NCBI RefSeq assembly: GCF_009914755.1
Contig: NC_060930.1
Length of the DNA: 64,000 nucleotides
Source: the human T2T-CHM13v2.0 reference genome, Homo sapiens
Direction: 5' to 3' (one strand)
Shown here piece after piece: positions 1-14,070 of this stretch; positions within the stretch are counted from its first letter, which is position 1; each line of letters starts with the position of its first letter. The notes under the pieces are model-generated. The model was given only the letters and a program-made list of their open reading frames with translations, ran no database searches and had not been told where the DNA came from. Position numbers and translations under genes: made by a program.

Positions 1-551
1 CTTAGGTTTTTCTCTGGATACATTATACGTATCTTTTCTTTTTGAACTAGAGCCTTATAGCTTTGCAAAGTAACTTTAAAGCCAGATCTACTCCCTTTCA
101 TCTACACCAACCTCTCTATTATCAACAAGCAGAATCTTGGTGAGGTAAGTTTTAGAATTAAACAGTAATTTTTCTTTTTAAAATTAAGTCATAAATTATT
201 AACATTAAAGGAGTAGATCTCCAAACACAGAGAGGAAGGACAATGTGAAATACTCATAGATGAGAACAATATTATCATTGTTTAGAATTTCAAAGTTATT
301 GCACATCTGTCTTAGTCACTAAAGACACTTCTGCACCAATCCTTCCTTCAGTCATATATTCAGGGCTAAGCACCACTGGAATTCAGCAGTCAAAACTCCT
401 GCCTTCAGGAGCTTACTTTCAGATGAGACACAAAATAAATAAGTAAAATATATGGCACATTGGGGGATGAAAATTACTATGAAGAAAAAGAAAGTAGGGA
501 AAAGACAGCAAGAATTTTGGAGGAGAATTTAACAATAAAATCACCAGAGTG

Positions 552-1405
<854 letters not shown>

Positions 1406-2298
1406 TCATTCACACATTAAATGCTCTAAAAAATCCTGCCGAAGGCAACCCATTTCATGTTGATATCCCAACATTTCTCAGTTTTTCTGGACCACAAATC
1501 TCTTATGCAGAGATCACCTGTTTTTTGGAATACACAGTTTGAGAAAGATGCTTCTGGTTTATGAAATCTTAGAAAGGAGATCAAGTGTCTTACTCTTCTT
1601 TGTATCTGGTTAAAAATATTCTCAGTAAATATTTGTGGAATGGATCAACCTCATTAAGCCACATTTATCTAATGCACACTGTCCTTGTACCTTAAAGGAA
1701 GAAGTCAACCCGATTATTTCTAGTAGGTCGTGTTCCTGTGGGCAGTGGGTTCACTTTCAGCCTTCTGTGTAAACCTAGACATTCTCCTCTGCTCACGTCT
1801 CTGTCCTCTCCTGGGTAAGTTAGGAAGCCCGGCAGCCTAAATATACTGAGTTCAAGTACTTAGCAGATTCTTCTCTTGCTTAGCCAATTCTATTTTTACT
1901 GCAGTCTTGCCCTGAAGTACAATACTGCTCCCAGTTATTAATAAATGAATCTAGTCATCATTTCCTGATTGGTTTAGTCCCTGTATATACCGCTCTATGA
2001 GCAAGGGAACCCCAAAGGTGAAAGGGATAAGTAGCGGAACTTGGGGAAACTTCGCGCAAACAACAGTCATCCCTCATTCATTTAAAACATGCGTAACAGT
2101 TAACTTACTTACACAAGATATCTACATTTTAAATATTACTAATTTATAATAAAACAAACAGTGTTTTCAAATAGCCTATGGAGTATACATACTGTTTTTA
2201 TTTCTAAAGATACTACCATAGCATTTGTTCCTGAATATTTAAGAAATTCATAAAATAACAGATAATAAGTCCTGAAGAATGATCTCTTGTTAAAATAG

Positions 2299-2723
2299 TG
2301 CTGTGGCTTGGTTATCCTTTGTCCCCACCAAAACTCATGTTGAGGTTTGACCCCCCAGTGTAGGGAGGTGGGACCTAATGGGAGGTGCTTGAGTCATGGG
2401 GGCAGATCTTTTATAAATGGTTTGATGCCATTCTCTCTCTGGCAATACTGGATTAGTTCTCACAGCAATAAATGACTATGTTGAAAGCAGGTTGTTATAA
2501 AGCCAGGGCACACCTCAGGTTTTGCCTCTTCACATGTGTCTGCTTTCTTTTTAACTTTTGCTGTGTCATGATGCAGCACAGAAGCCCTCACCAGAGGCTT
2601 AGTAGATGCTGGCACCATGCGCCTTGAACTTGCCAGCCTGCGGAACTGTGAGCTAAATAAACCTCTTTTCTTTACAAACTACCTAGTGTCAGTATTCTGT
2701 TGTAGCGACAAAGAACTAAGACA
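2299..2723 (+). mobile_element. MST-family (MSTC/D-like) MaLR solo LTR
   Basis: TG...CA ends; tgtccccaccaaaactcatgttg, agaagccctcaccaga, aactgtgagctaaataaacctcttttc. Confidence 0.85.
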
Positions 2724-2974
2724 GACAGCCATTAACTCCATGAACATTCTTAAAGCATCTAGGGCTAGACCATGGCTCCTTAACTAACAACTGGTTAATT
2801 ATTTACTAAGACTATACTATTGTCAACTACCAAGGGAATCCATGTTCCCACAGGGAACTGCACTCTTCAGCTGGTGTCATATATACATAGCTTATAAGAA
2901 AAGCATCAATTAGTACAAACTTCAGTAGAAAATATCATAGATATTTCTGAGTGTACAGATATTTCCTGAGTGTA

Positions 2975-3518
2975 CAGCATCCACCCCCTCCCCCCTTCTA
3001 TGCAGTTTTGCTTTCTGCAGTTTCTGTTACCTGCGGTCAACTGCGGTTTGAAAATATTAAATGGAGAATTCTAGAAATAAACAATTTATGAGTCTTAAGT
3101 TGCAAGCTGTTCTAAGTAGTATGATGAAATCTTGCACCATCTGCTCCATCCCACCCAGGATGTGAATAATTTCTTTGTCCAGTGTATCCACACTGTCTAT
3201 ACTATCTGCCCACTAGTCACTTAGAAGCCATATTGGTTATTAGATCGACTGTGGTGGTATTGCAGTGCTTGTGTTCAAGTAATCCTTATTTTACTTAATA
3301 ACAATTGTCCCAAATGGGCAAGAGGAGTGATGCTGGTATATTTTTGCAATTATTATTAGTTACTGTTGTTAACCTCTTACTGTGCCTAAATTAAACTTTA
3401 TCACAGGTATGTATGTATAGGAAAAAACAGTATATATAGGGTTCAATACTATCTACAGTTTCAGGCATCCACTGGTGGTCTTGGAACATACCTCCTACAG
3501 ATAAAGGGAATTACCATA
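2975..3518 (+). mobile_element. MER44 (Tigger-derived) DNA transposon, MER44B-like
   Basis: gttacctgcggtcaactgcgg...aaatattaaatgg and gtttcaggcatccactgg..gtcttggaac motifs; homologous to 43865-44484. Confidence 0.85.
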
Positions 3519-4715
3519 CCTGTTCTCACTACACTTAATACGATTGGAAAAATAAACACAGAAGGGATCCACAGTCCTCCTGTACACTTTTGAAATGAGA
3601 TGCACTTGACCCAAGATTTTATCTACCATCTTGTCTTCATAAATACCTCCTCTTATTGGTGGGGCACTCTGGCATTTGGAGTCTCCAGGAATTAAGAACC
3701 ACGATTCAATAACCCCCAGCAGGTCTGAATATTTACTTCCTCATTGTACAGTCACACCTTTAAATGGACAAGTTCCTGTAGGGAAAGCTTTGAGGAAGCT
3801 TCACAGTACCAACATATACCTGAGGCCATAGTGCAGAGCCTTTAGAACCTGGCTTTTCCCTCTTCAAAAGTGAAAGGTGTATGAACTATCTTAAACTTGG
3901 AAACTAGGAATGATCATGCATCTCTAACACAGTGACTGAAGTTGGGCCTCTGCCACCAAGCCTGAGATTTTTTTGCCTATATTTTTCAAGCAGTGTCTTA
4001 GAGGTTGTCCATTTATTTTATTTCTAGAAAATCCATGATCCATTAGTCATCACTGTAGAACTTTATAGATAAAAATACTGTAATCACTATTCTGTTCTTA
4101 TAGCTTATTGTGGTATTTGTTTCCATCTTGTCCCTAAAGCTTAAATTCCACCACCCAGTTTCTACCCCTCTGGGATTCCATTTTTGTTACTGATATCAGG
4201 GGACCCAATTCCAGTACAGCATCTTCTACCATCATTTGTGTTTTACTAAGGACAACCACCAGGGAGCTTATGAAGGATGACAATACAACCTGATCCATGC
4301 ATTTCTTAATGCCATGGTGACAAAAAAATCCTCCAGGCCCAGAAGTGGATGGCAGCAAGTGGAAATTTGGGACATACTCCTTTTGTTGGTGAGTTGTAAT
4401 ACTGAAGCGCATATTACAGGAAAAAGCTGAACATTCTCTTAGCCCAGAGCAACAAACACATGAAAGTCAGAAGTCTCATTAATATAACATTAATCTTTTT
4501 TTCCAGTGAGGTAAAATAAGGCATAAATGCACATAATTATTGCCAGCTGATCTAAAGTCAATAAAACATTCTGCTTAAGTGTTTTTCTTACAGAAAAAAA
4601 TCCTTCAGGCCCCATGGAAGGATATGGTTAGGGGATAGCTGTGAATATTGCATGCACTAGAAGCATTTCAATAATTCCATCTTCCTTAGCCTTCAGAACC
4701 CTTTCCTCCATAGCT

Positions 4716-4900
4716 CTAGTTTTCAAAGTGTAGTTCTAGGACCAGCAATATTGGCATCACCTGGGCACTTGTTAGAAATTCAACTTCTTGGACCTCAGTT
4801 TGACCTACTAAATCAGAAACTTTAGGGTAGATTCCAGAAATCTGTATTTTAAGAAGCTTTCCCAAGATTCTGTTGCATACCGAAGTTTGAGAACCAGTAC
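4716..4900. mobile_element. MER5A (hAT-Charlie MITE)
   Basis: ttttcaaagtgtagt...gcatcacctggg...gttagaaat...aagtttgagaacca; about 185 bp with inverted termini. Confidence 0.85.
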
Positions 4901-5834
4901 TGTACAGCATGACAGGGAAGATCTATCATTTATACTTCATTAATGGTAGGCTTTTATTGAATCCAGGCTTTCACTGGCCAGTATAGCAGGCTATCGATGC
5001 CATTAAAAGTACTTGTACCAGCACATTAAATTCAAAATTCCATGTGAGCACACCTATGGCAGTAAATTTAATTCAATCAAGCCTTATAGTTAATCCTCTT
5101 TGAATTAGACCATTAGAATTCTCTCCCATACATGCCCCTCGCACTTTTGACAATATTTGGTGCCGTCTTGTAACTCTTTTAAAGACTATGTCCTGACATA
5201 TTTGAAATCTAGATCCTGTTAGGATATAAATCATAAATTAACCCAGAGGCAATAAAATATAGTGAGGAGATAGGTCCTGAGAAGAATCAGTGTCACCTTG
5301 TGAGATTGCTGCCCAAGATATACTTGTGGAAAGACTTCAATTCACAGGAAAGCTGACTTCCTGAAGGCAGGAGAGGGTTCCTTGGACAAGAGAGATTCTC
5401 ATCATTTGGGATATCAGATTTCTCAGCTTCACACATGTCTGCCCAAATATCTTCATCCACTCCTTTCCAGTAGTGCCTTTAATTTACTATAAGAGATCTA
5501 GTAGAAATGAGCATTTCACTGATGTTCCAGTTCTGAAGAACTTCCAATCAGGCCCAAGGCTTGGGGCTCAGCCATATCTACCTTGCAACTTACAGGAGAG
5601 GAGGGACTCTTTCAAAGCTGCCATGGAGGCTCTTTTGATTCTCCATGTGTGTTCTCAACTAAACATTCATAGTTTTCATTTCTTCTTTCTCTTGTTGTAG
5701 ATCATTTAAATCAGAAGCCAGCTGATGTCACTATATTATCATTCTTGTTTGTTTTTGTTTGTGTAAACATGGCTTTATTTCACTGTTACCCTTGAAGGAT
5801 ATTTTCCTCAAATATCCTTGATGGTATATAATTC

Positions 5835-6487
5835 TTTTTTAAAATTTTAATAGTTATTGGGGAACAGGTGGTTTTTGGTTACATGGATAAGTTATTTAGT
5901 GGTGATTTCTGAGATTTTCGTGCACCCATCACCCAGTGTACACTGTACCCAGTATGCAGTCTTTTATCCCTCAGCTCCCTCCCACCCTTCCCTCCCAAGT
6001 CCCCAAGTTCATTATATCATTCTTATTCCTTTGTGTCCCCATAGCTTAGCTCCCACTTACAAGTGAGAACGTACAATATTTGGTTTTTAATTCCGGAGTT
6101 ACTTCATTTAGAATAATGGCCTCCAGCTCCATCCAAGTTGTTGCAAGGGCCATTATTTCATTCCATTTTTTGGCTGAGTAGTATTCCATAGCATATATAT
6201 ACACCACATTTCCTTTATCCACTCATTGGGTGATGGGCATTAGGTTGGTTAATATTTCTGCAATTGCAAATTGTGCTGCTATAAACATGCATGTACATGT
6301 ATGTCTTTTTCATATACTGACTTCTTTTCCTTTGGATAGATACCCAGAAGCGGGATTGCTGGATCAAATGGTAGTTCTACTTTTAGTTCTTTAAGGAATC
6401 TCCATACTGTCTTCCATAGTGGTTTTACTAGTTTATATTCCAGCAGTGTGAAAGCATTCCCTTTTCACCACATCCATGGCAGCATCT
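5835..6487 (-). mobile_element. L1PB-type 3' end fragment
   Basis: ggggaacaggtggtttttggttacatgg...tagctcccacttacaagtgagaac...ggctgagtagtattccat (L1 3' UTR and ORF2 end, antisense). Confidence 0.9.
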
Positions 6488-8512
6488 AAAGTTTAAATTT
6501 TCTACTATTATTACAGTGTGGTAGTTAACTTTTGATTATAATTATTATTGACTCGTAGTGAGCACTCATTCAGGCCCATTATCCCTTTGCCACCATCTCT
6601 GTTAAACATCCATGCCTAGTGGCACTGGGACATCTGCTGGGAAAAAGTTCCCTTTACACTGAAATATCCCAAGAGTATTAAGGAAGGGCTCTCCTGTGTC
6701 CCCTACTCTATCCCCCATCAAACACTGTTTGCTTCTGAGAGGGAGGAAGAGGGCTGCAGAGACAGAATGCTGCACAGAACTCTACTTCTCTCCCATCTCT
6801 ATGACTCAATATTAGAACTCTTTTATCTTGTTGGCAGAACAATTTATGTGCCTGTTCCAGACCTTCATGCCAAGACTGTACACTTCAAACTTCAAAGCTT
6901 AAAAAAAAATAGCACATCCTACATAAAGAATTTTCTTCGTTCTGGCTTCCAATTTCTGGAAGATCTGCTTACTCTGATTTCCCACACAAGAGCAGTGGTA
7001 TCAGCCTCAGGGGGTATATTCTGACAGCCTAGATGAGTGAGCACATCCAGACACCAGGTGAAATCTCGTTGAGCCAAAAAAGCCTGGGCCACAAGTTATC
7101 CTGTTATTAACTGGCTCCTTAAACACCCTCATGCTCCACTTGTAACCCATCTTCAAGACCTACATTCACATGAATTTTCCTAAAAAACAGGACATCAACT
7201 CTTCTCAAAGAAAAATTGAGGGCTTGAGTTTTAAAATTGAACAGTCAAAGCCTTTTATATCTGTATTCCTGGTGAAGAGTCTGCTGTTAAACCATGTACT
7301 GTCCTGTTTATTGGTTATGTGTATCACTCTATTCAGTATCGTTACCCTTGGTACCAATAAAACAAAATTATTTCATTCAGAGTCACTCCTGGCAATTTTA
7401 ACTTAGCATCCTTGGATATTTTGTTGTTTTGGCTGTTGTCTTCATATTTCTAATCCCATTAGAAGTTATGATTAAGTGTGCCTGTCTAGCTTCTATTTCT
7501 CTTTTTTTATAACCATGTCACTTAGAGTGGTTTTACTGATATATTTCTCCCAGTGAAATTTAATTATATGGGCTCAAGTTTACAGTTTAGAAAAAGCTCA
7601 TCTGAGTAGCTAACTTCGGCCGAACTACTATGGGAGTCATAAATCCCTACAGCTTGGGCTAAAATCCTTAGATTAGGAGGCGGGAGAAAAATCATTGGTT
7701 CCATTTTTATTCATGCAGTTTGTACCTGATTGTGTCAAGTCTACAATACTTAAAATTGCAAGATAGTAGGGATCTATTGTGTTTGAAAGTTAAGCTGTAA
7801 TGATTTTGACTTTGTTTCATTTAACACAACAAGCATTTATTTGACACTTGTACTCTAAGGGATATCAAAGTGAGTAAAACAGGATGGATGCTCTTCCAAG
7901 AGGGAAGTTTTCTTTTAAAGCAGATAGAAGCAAGTGCTATAGAGTAATAAAACCAAATATGGTGGTAGGGTGGAAGAGGAAAAGCTTCATTTCAACTCAG
8001 GGGTCTTAGAAGGCTTTTAGGAGGAAAGAAGATTTGACCTGGCCCTTAAAGAATTGACAAGCACTTCACAGGAAGATATGGACCTGGGACAAAAATATAC
8101 TTCAACAAAGACAAAGAGTTAATAGTCTTCATATAGCAGCACATATATATTACCAGGCAATTCATAATATATGTCAAAAATAAAGTATCAGTGTCTTTAA
8201 TATATAGTAAGGTTATATGATGTGTTTAAAAAACCCTAAAACCTCCAATATAAAAATGAATAAAAGACATATTTACAGAAGAAATGTATGTGACTACTAA
8301 ACATGAAATATGTTCAAGCTCACAAGTCATCAAAGAAATACAAGTTCAAACAATTGCAATTTTTAAACCATATGAAATCTAGGAATCTGTTATGAGGAAA
8401 TAATTGAAGTAGAGCCAAGGTTTATGTGCAATGGTTTCCAACATAAAATTATTCTTTAAAAAGCAGATTGGTTAAATAAGTTATGATATACATTTCTGAT
8501 AGAATATGCAGT

Positions 8513-11201
8513 TGATGTAGTTTGGCTCTGTCCCCACCCAAATCTCATCTTGAATTCCCACGTGTTTTAGGAGGTACCTGGTGGGAGGTAATTGAATCAT
8601 GAGGGCGGGTCTTTCCCATGCTGTTCTCATGATAGTGAATAAGTCTCATAAGATCTGATGGTTTTAAAAATGGGAGTTTCTGGCTGGGCGTGGTGGCTCA
8701 CGTCTGTAATCCCAACATTGTCGGAGGCCGAGGGGGATGGATCAAGAGGTCAGGAGATCGAGACTATCCTGGCCAACATGGTGAAACCCCGTCTCTACCA
8801 AAAACACAAAAATTAGCTGGGCTTTGTGGCACGTGCCTGTAATCCCAGCTACTTGGGAGGCTGAGGCAGGAGAATCACTTGAACCAGAGAGTCAGAGGTC
8901 GCAGTGAGCAGAGATTGTGCCACTGCACTTCAGCCTGGTGACAGAGCAAGACTCCATCTCAAAAAAAAAAAAGGGAGTTTCCCTACACAAGCCCTCTTCT
9001 CTTGTCCGCCACCATGTGAGATGTGCCTTTCACCTTCCGCCATGATTGTGAAACCACCCCCAGACACGTGGAACTGTGAGTGCATTAAACCTCTTTCTTT
9101 TATAAGTTGCCCAGTATTGGTTTTGTCTTTATCAGCAGCATGAAAACAGACTAATACAGTAAATGGGTACCAGTGGAGTGGGGTGTTGCTGAAAACATAC
9201 CAAAAATGTGGAAGCGACTTTGGAACTGGGTAACAGACAGAGGTTGGAAGAGTTCAGAGGGCTCAGAAGAAAACAGGAAAATGTGGGAAAGTTTGGACTT
9301 TCCTGGAGACCTTGTGAATGACTTTGACAAAAACGCTGATAGTCATATGAATAAGGTCTAGGCTGAGGTGGTCTCAGATGGAGATGAGGAACTTCTTGGG
9401 AGCTGGAGCAAAGGTGACTCTTGTTATGTTTTAGCAAAGAGACTGATGGCATTTTGCCCCTGCCCTAGAGATTTGTGGAACTTTGAACTTGAGAGAGATG
9501 ATTTAGGGTATCTGGTGGAAGAAATTTCTAAGCAGCAAAGCATTCAAGAGGTGACTTGGGTGCTATTAAAGGCATTCAGTTTCAAAAGGGAAACAGATCA
9601 TAAAAGTTTGGAAAATTTGCAGCCTGACAATGCAATAGAAAAGAAAATCCCATTTTCTGAGGAGAAATTCAAGCCAGCTGCAGAAATTTGCGTAAGTAAG
9701 GAGGAGCCGAATGTTAATCACCAAGACAATGAGGAAAATTTCTCCAGGGCATGTCAGAGATTTTGTGGCAGCCCCTTCCATCACAGGCCCAGAGGCCTAG
9801 GAGGAAAAAGAGGTTTCGTGGACTGAGCTCAGGGCCCCCATGCTGTGTGCAGCCGAGGGACTTGGTGCCCTGCATCCCAGCCAATCCAGCAGTGGCTGAA
9901 AGGGGCGAATGTAGAGCTTGGGCCATGGCTTCAGAGGGTGCAAGCTTCAAGCCATGGCAACTTTTCTACATGGTGTTGAGCCTGTGAGTGCACAGAAGTC
10001 AAGAATTGAGGTTTGGGAACTTCTGCCTAAATTTCAGATGATGTATGGAAATGCCTGGATGCCCTGGCAGAAATTTGCTGCAGGGGTGGTGCCCTCATGG
10101 AGAACCTCTGCTAGGTCAGTGAAGAAGGGAAATGTGGGGTTGGAGCCCCCACACAGAATCACTACTGGGGCACTGCCTAGTGGGGCTGTGAGAAGAGGGC
10201 CACTGTCCTCCATACCCCAGAGTGGTAGATCCACTGTCAGCTTTCACCATGTGCCTGGAAAATCTGCAGATACTCAATGCCAGTCCATGAAAGCAGCCAG
10301 AAGGGAGGCTGTACCCTGCAAAGCCACAGGGGTGGAGCTGCCCAAGACCATGGGAACCCACCTTTTGCCTCAGTGTGACCTGAATGTGAGACATGGAGTC
10401 AAAGGAGATCATTTTGGAGCTTTAGGGTTTCACTGCCCCACTGGATTTTGGATTTGCATGGGTCCTTTAGCCCCTTTGTTTTGGCCAATTTGTCCCATTT
10501 GGAATGGCTGTATTTACCCAATGCCTGTCCCCCAATCGTACTTAGGAAGTAACTAACTTGCTTTTGATTTTACAGGTGCATAGGTGGAAGGGACTTGCCT
10601 TGTCTCAGATGAGACGTTGGACTGTGGACTTTTGAGTTAATGCTGAAATAAGTTAAGACTTTGGGGGACTCTTGGGAAGGCACGATTGATTTTGAAATGT
10701 GAGGACATGAGGTTTTGGAGGGGACAGGGGCAGAATGATATGGTTTGGCTGTGTTCCTACCCAGATCTCAACTTGAATTCCCACGTGTTGTGGGAGGTAT
10801 CTGGTGGGAGGTACCTCCACCCCTGTGGCTTTGCAGGGTACAGACTCCCTTCTGGCTGCTTTCACAGACTGGCATTGAGTATCTGCATCTTTTCCAGGCA
10901 CATGGTGCAAGCTGACAGTGGATCCACCATTCTGGGGTGGGTCATGAGGGGGGGGTCCTTCCCATAATGTTCTCATGATAGTGAATAAGTCTCATGAGAT
11001 CTGATGATTTTAAAAATGGGAGGTTCCCTGCACAAGCCCTCTTCTCTTGTCTGCCACCATGTGAGATGTGCCTTTTACCTTCTGCCATGATTGTGAGGCC
11101 TCCCAGCCACATGGAACTGTGAGTGCATTAAACTTCCTTCTTTTGTAAATGGCCCAGTCTTGGTTATGTCTCTATCAGCAGTGTGAAAACAGACTAATTC
11201 A
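8513..11201 (+). mobile_element. Full-length THE1B-type MaLR (5' LTR 8513-9158, internal 9159-10735, 3' LTR 10736-11201)
   Basis: Two TG..CA LTRs, THE1 internal sequence, polypurine tract before the 3' LTR, perfect 5-bp TSD GCAGT (8508-12 and 11202-06). Inserted into an older L1M relic. Confidence 0.95.
8682..8972 (+). mobile_element. AluSc nested in the THE1 5' LTR
   Basis: Sc-type gcctgg-tgacag deletion; TSD approximately AAAAA(T/A)GGGAGTTTC. Confidence 0.9.
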
Positions 11202-13769
11202 GCAGTCATTCAAAGTATTTGTGAAAAACTTTTAAAGACATGGCTAATGATCCACTCTTGAGTGAATAAAGCAGAATATAAAGCAGTATCTACAGTATAT
11301 TCCAGTATATATCTGGATATATATTTACATGTATGTGTGTGTATGCATATGTGCATACAAAAAGACTTGTAGAAATGCACCAAAATGTTTATAATAGTTT
11401 TTTCTGGATGGAACTATTGTTAATTTTTTTCTTTATGTTTCATTTTTTATTTCTTCAGTTGATCATGTACTACTTTTATCATTAGGAAAAAATAAGCCTT
11501 CAAACAAATTTGGTAACTTCTGTCCTTCCTCCATCCATATCTAAGTCAACAAATGTTAGGAACAAAACTGCATATCTGCAACAGTGCTGGGCTCCACCCT
11601 GGAATCTGCTCTTCCTTTGGAAAGCTTTTAGCACTCTGTGGCACTTGCCCAGATCAAATTCATATCTGCTCTCTGCTGCTTCTTATTTGATAGACATTTC
11701 TCTCAAGGCAAGACCCCTGAATTATCACAGATTTAAGACTTTACTCCTCCACATTGTGAGCCTTTTATCTGAGCATTAACACAAAGAAGAGAAAAATCAG
11801 GCTTTGACATTACTTAATAACCAGGAAGTACCTCAGCCGAAACCTTTTTCCTTTAAATTCCAGGCTTCTGTTTATGTAAAACAAATCCATTCCTTGTATA
11901 AATCTGAGTTCCATATATCCAGGCTACTTAGAAGGAGAGAGATCTAAAATTTGTGAGCAAATGCACTGAAGTCTGACCCTATCAAATAAATTCATCATAT
12001 ATATCAACACCTAACACTTTTGAACCAGAATTAAAGAAATGATAGGGGTACTTCCATCTCTTTGGGGAAACATGGTATCTTGCAAATCAAGGCTAATTTT
12101 TTTCACTCTCAGTACAGCTGCTTGATTCCATAAAGGGGAAAAAAAAGCAGATGTTGAATTACAAAGAGAAGAAAACACACTTCCTGCAGAAGGGTGTACC
12201 TAAATTATATTACCTTCACAGAAAACAAGAGCAGATGCATTATTAGTATTTGGACAGAGGCCAATATTGGGTAAAACTATGTAGCTGGTAAGAAAGTCAG
12301 TATACAACCTGAAGCATAGAAGAGAAATCACTTAATTTACATTATTTCAACTAAGTTCTGCCTTATTTTCTATCCCACTGGAATTAAATTCTATGTGGGT
12401 CATTATTAGGCTCTTAATCCCATCCCAGAAACCAGAAGGCATCCGTGGTGGCTGAAGAAAGAGAAATATCTCTTATATCTCTTTTGTCATGAGTGCAGAA
12501 GGCATTTTCACTAATTAAGCCTGACATGGTCTGTTAAACTCTCTGCTTGCATGCCTTGAGTAGGACATGGGGATCTCCCAGGAGGCTGGCAACTCTGGTA
12601 TCTAGGATCTCACCTCTCTAGGTTCATTTTCATGTCAGGCTAGGGAGGTCCCTCCTTGTCTCAACTTCTCTGTGCCATTCTGCTTCTTTTCACAAACCTT
12701 ATACTCCCTTTCATTCTTTCACAATGAGCTGTGAAGGACCATTACATACAGAGCTGAAATCTTAAAACTAGGCTTCCCTTTCCTTGAGGTCAGGAAGGGT
12801 TGACTCTTCAAAGTCTCCTGGATGGTAAGAAAATTATTTCAATTTCCATTTCTGTGACAGCAAGTAGAAGATAAAACAAAGCATGAGGTGTCTAAATTAA
12901 CAAGTCAGATCATTCATATTCTGTCCTATCCACTTTACTTTCTTTAATCTTATATTCTTATGTGCTTCACAAGCACACTAGTTCCATGTTATCTGTATCC
13001 ACACATTCGTTTTCCTTCCTTAAACCATTTGCAGGTGCCGAAGTATACATACCTTCATGCTCCTTCTTTGCTTAACAGTTGAAGCAACTTCAAAAAGAGA
13101 TATTATTTTATATTATATCTATATAAATTTTACATTATTTTTGTTATTCCAAAATCTTGATTTCTCACTCCTTCCATTCTCTACTTTCTCTTTTCTTTTT
13201 CTAAAAATCATATATATTTATGGTGTACAACATGATGTTTGGATTATATGCATTAATTAATTCTGGCTTCTTTTGAGCATCTTATGGAAGTAGGAAGTGC
13301 TGTCAGGATAAGAGATCTGGTAGGCAGATGTCTCCCTGCCAGTATTTGTGTCCCAGGATCTTTCCAAAATGCCCCAGAATTCTTCTGTTTTACTAATGGG
13401 ATCAACTCCCTCAATCCAAGGTAGCAATCAATGGGCCAACAGAGGTATGTGCCTTCTCTTACCCTGACAGTACTGTGCCTTCCTGTAGTAACCCACTGAC
13501 CTCTCCCTACTCTTAAAATATTCTCCTTCCCTCCTGGGTATAAAGGCCTGGCCTGAAAATGCTATAGCTGAGTATTAGCTCCCATCCCACAAAGCAATTC
13601 TCTGCTCAGCCTCAAAAGGTAAACAAATCTCAGCGCTTCAGTGTTTCCAGTACACTACTGTCTGCAAAAAGCATGCCATAAATTACATGTTTAAGACTTT
13701 GTTGTTTTTCATATTATTTATAACACTAGTTAAGACTACTTTAGCTGCAAGTAACAGAAACTAACTCAA

Positions 13770-14070
13770 GGCCAGGTATAGTGGCTCACAGCTATAATCC
13801 CAGCATTTTGGAAGGCCCAGGAAGGAGGATTGCTTGAGGCCAGGAGTTTGAGACCAACCTGAGCAACATAGTGAAATATCACCTCTACAAAAAATTCTTT
13901 CGGAAAAATTAGCCAAGCATGGTGGTGTGTGCCTGCAATCCTAGCTACTTGGGAGGCTGAGGCAGGAGGATCACTTGAGGTCAGGAAGTTGAGGCTGCAG
14001 GGAACATAATCACATTACTGCCCTCCAGACTGGGTGACAGAATGAGAACCTGTATCAAAAAAAAAAAAAA
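13770..14070 (+). mobile_element. AluJ
   Basis: ggaggattgcttgaggccaggagtttgagacc, gaggctgcag, A-tail. Confidence 0.9.

Noticed and set aside
9173-10556. ORFs of 152 and 212 aa in the THE1 internal region
   Set aside because: Frameshifted remnants of the MaLR internal ORF, found in many genomic copies; no gene structure.
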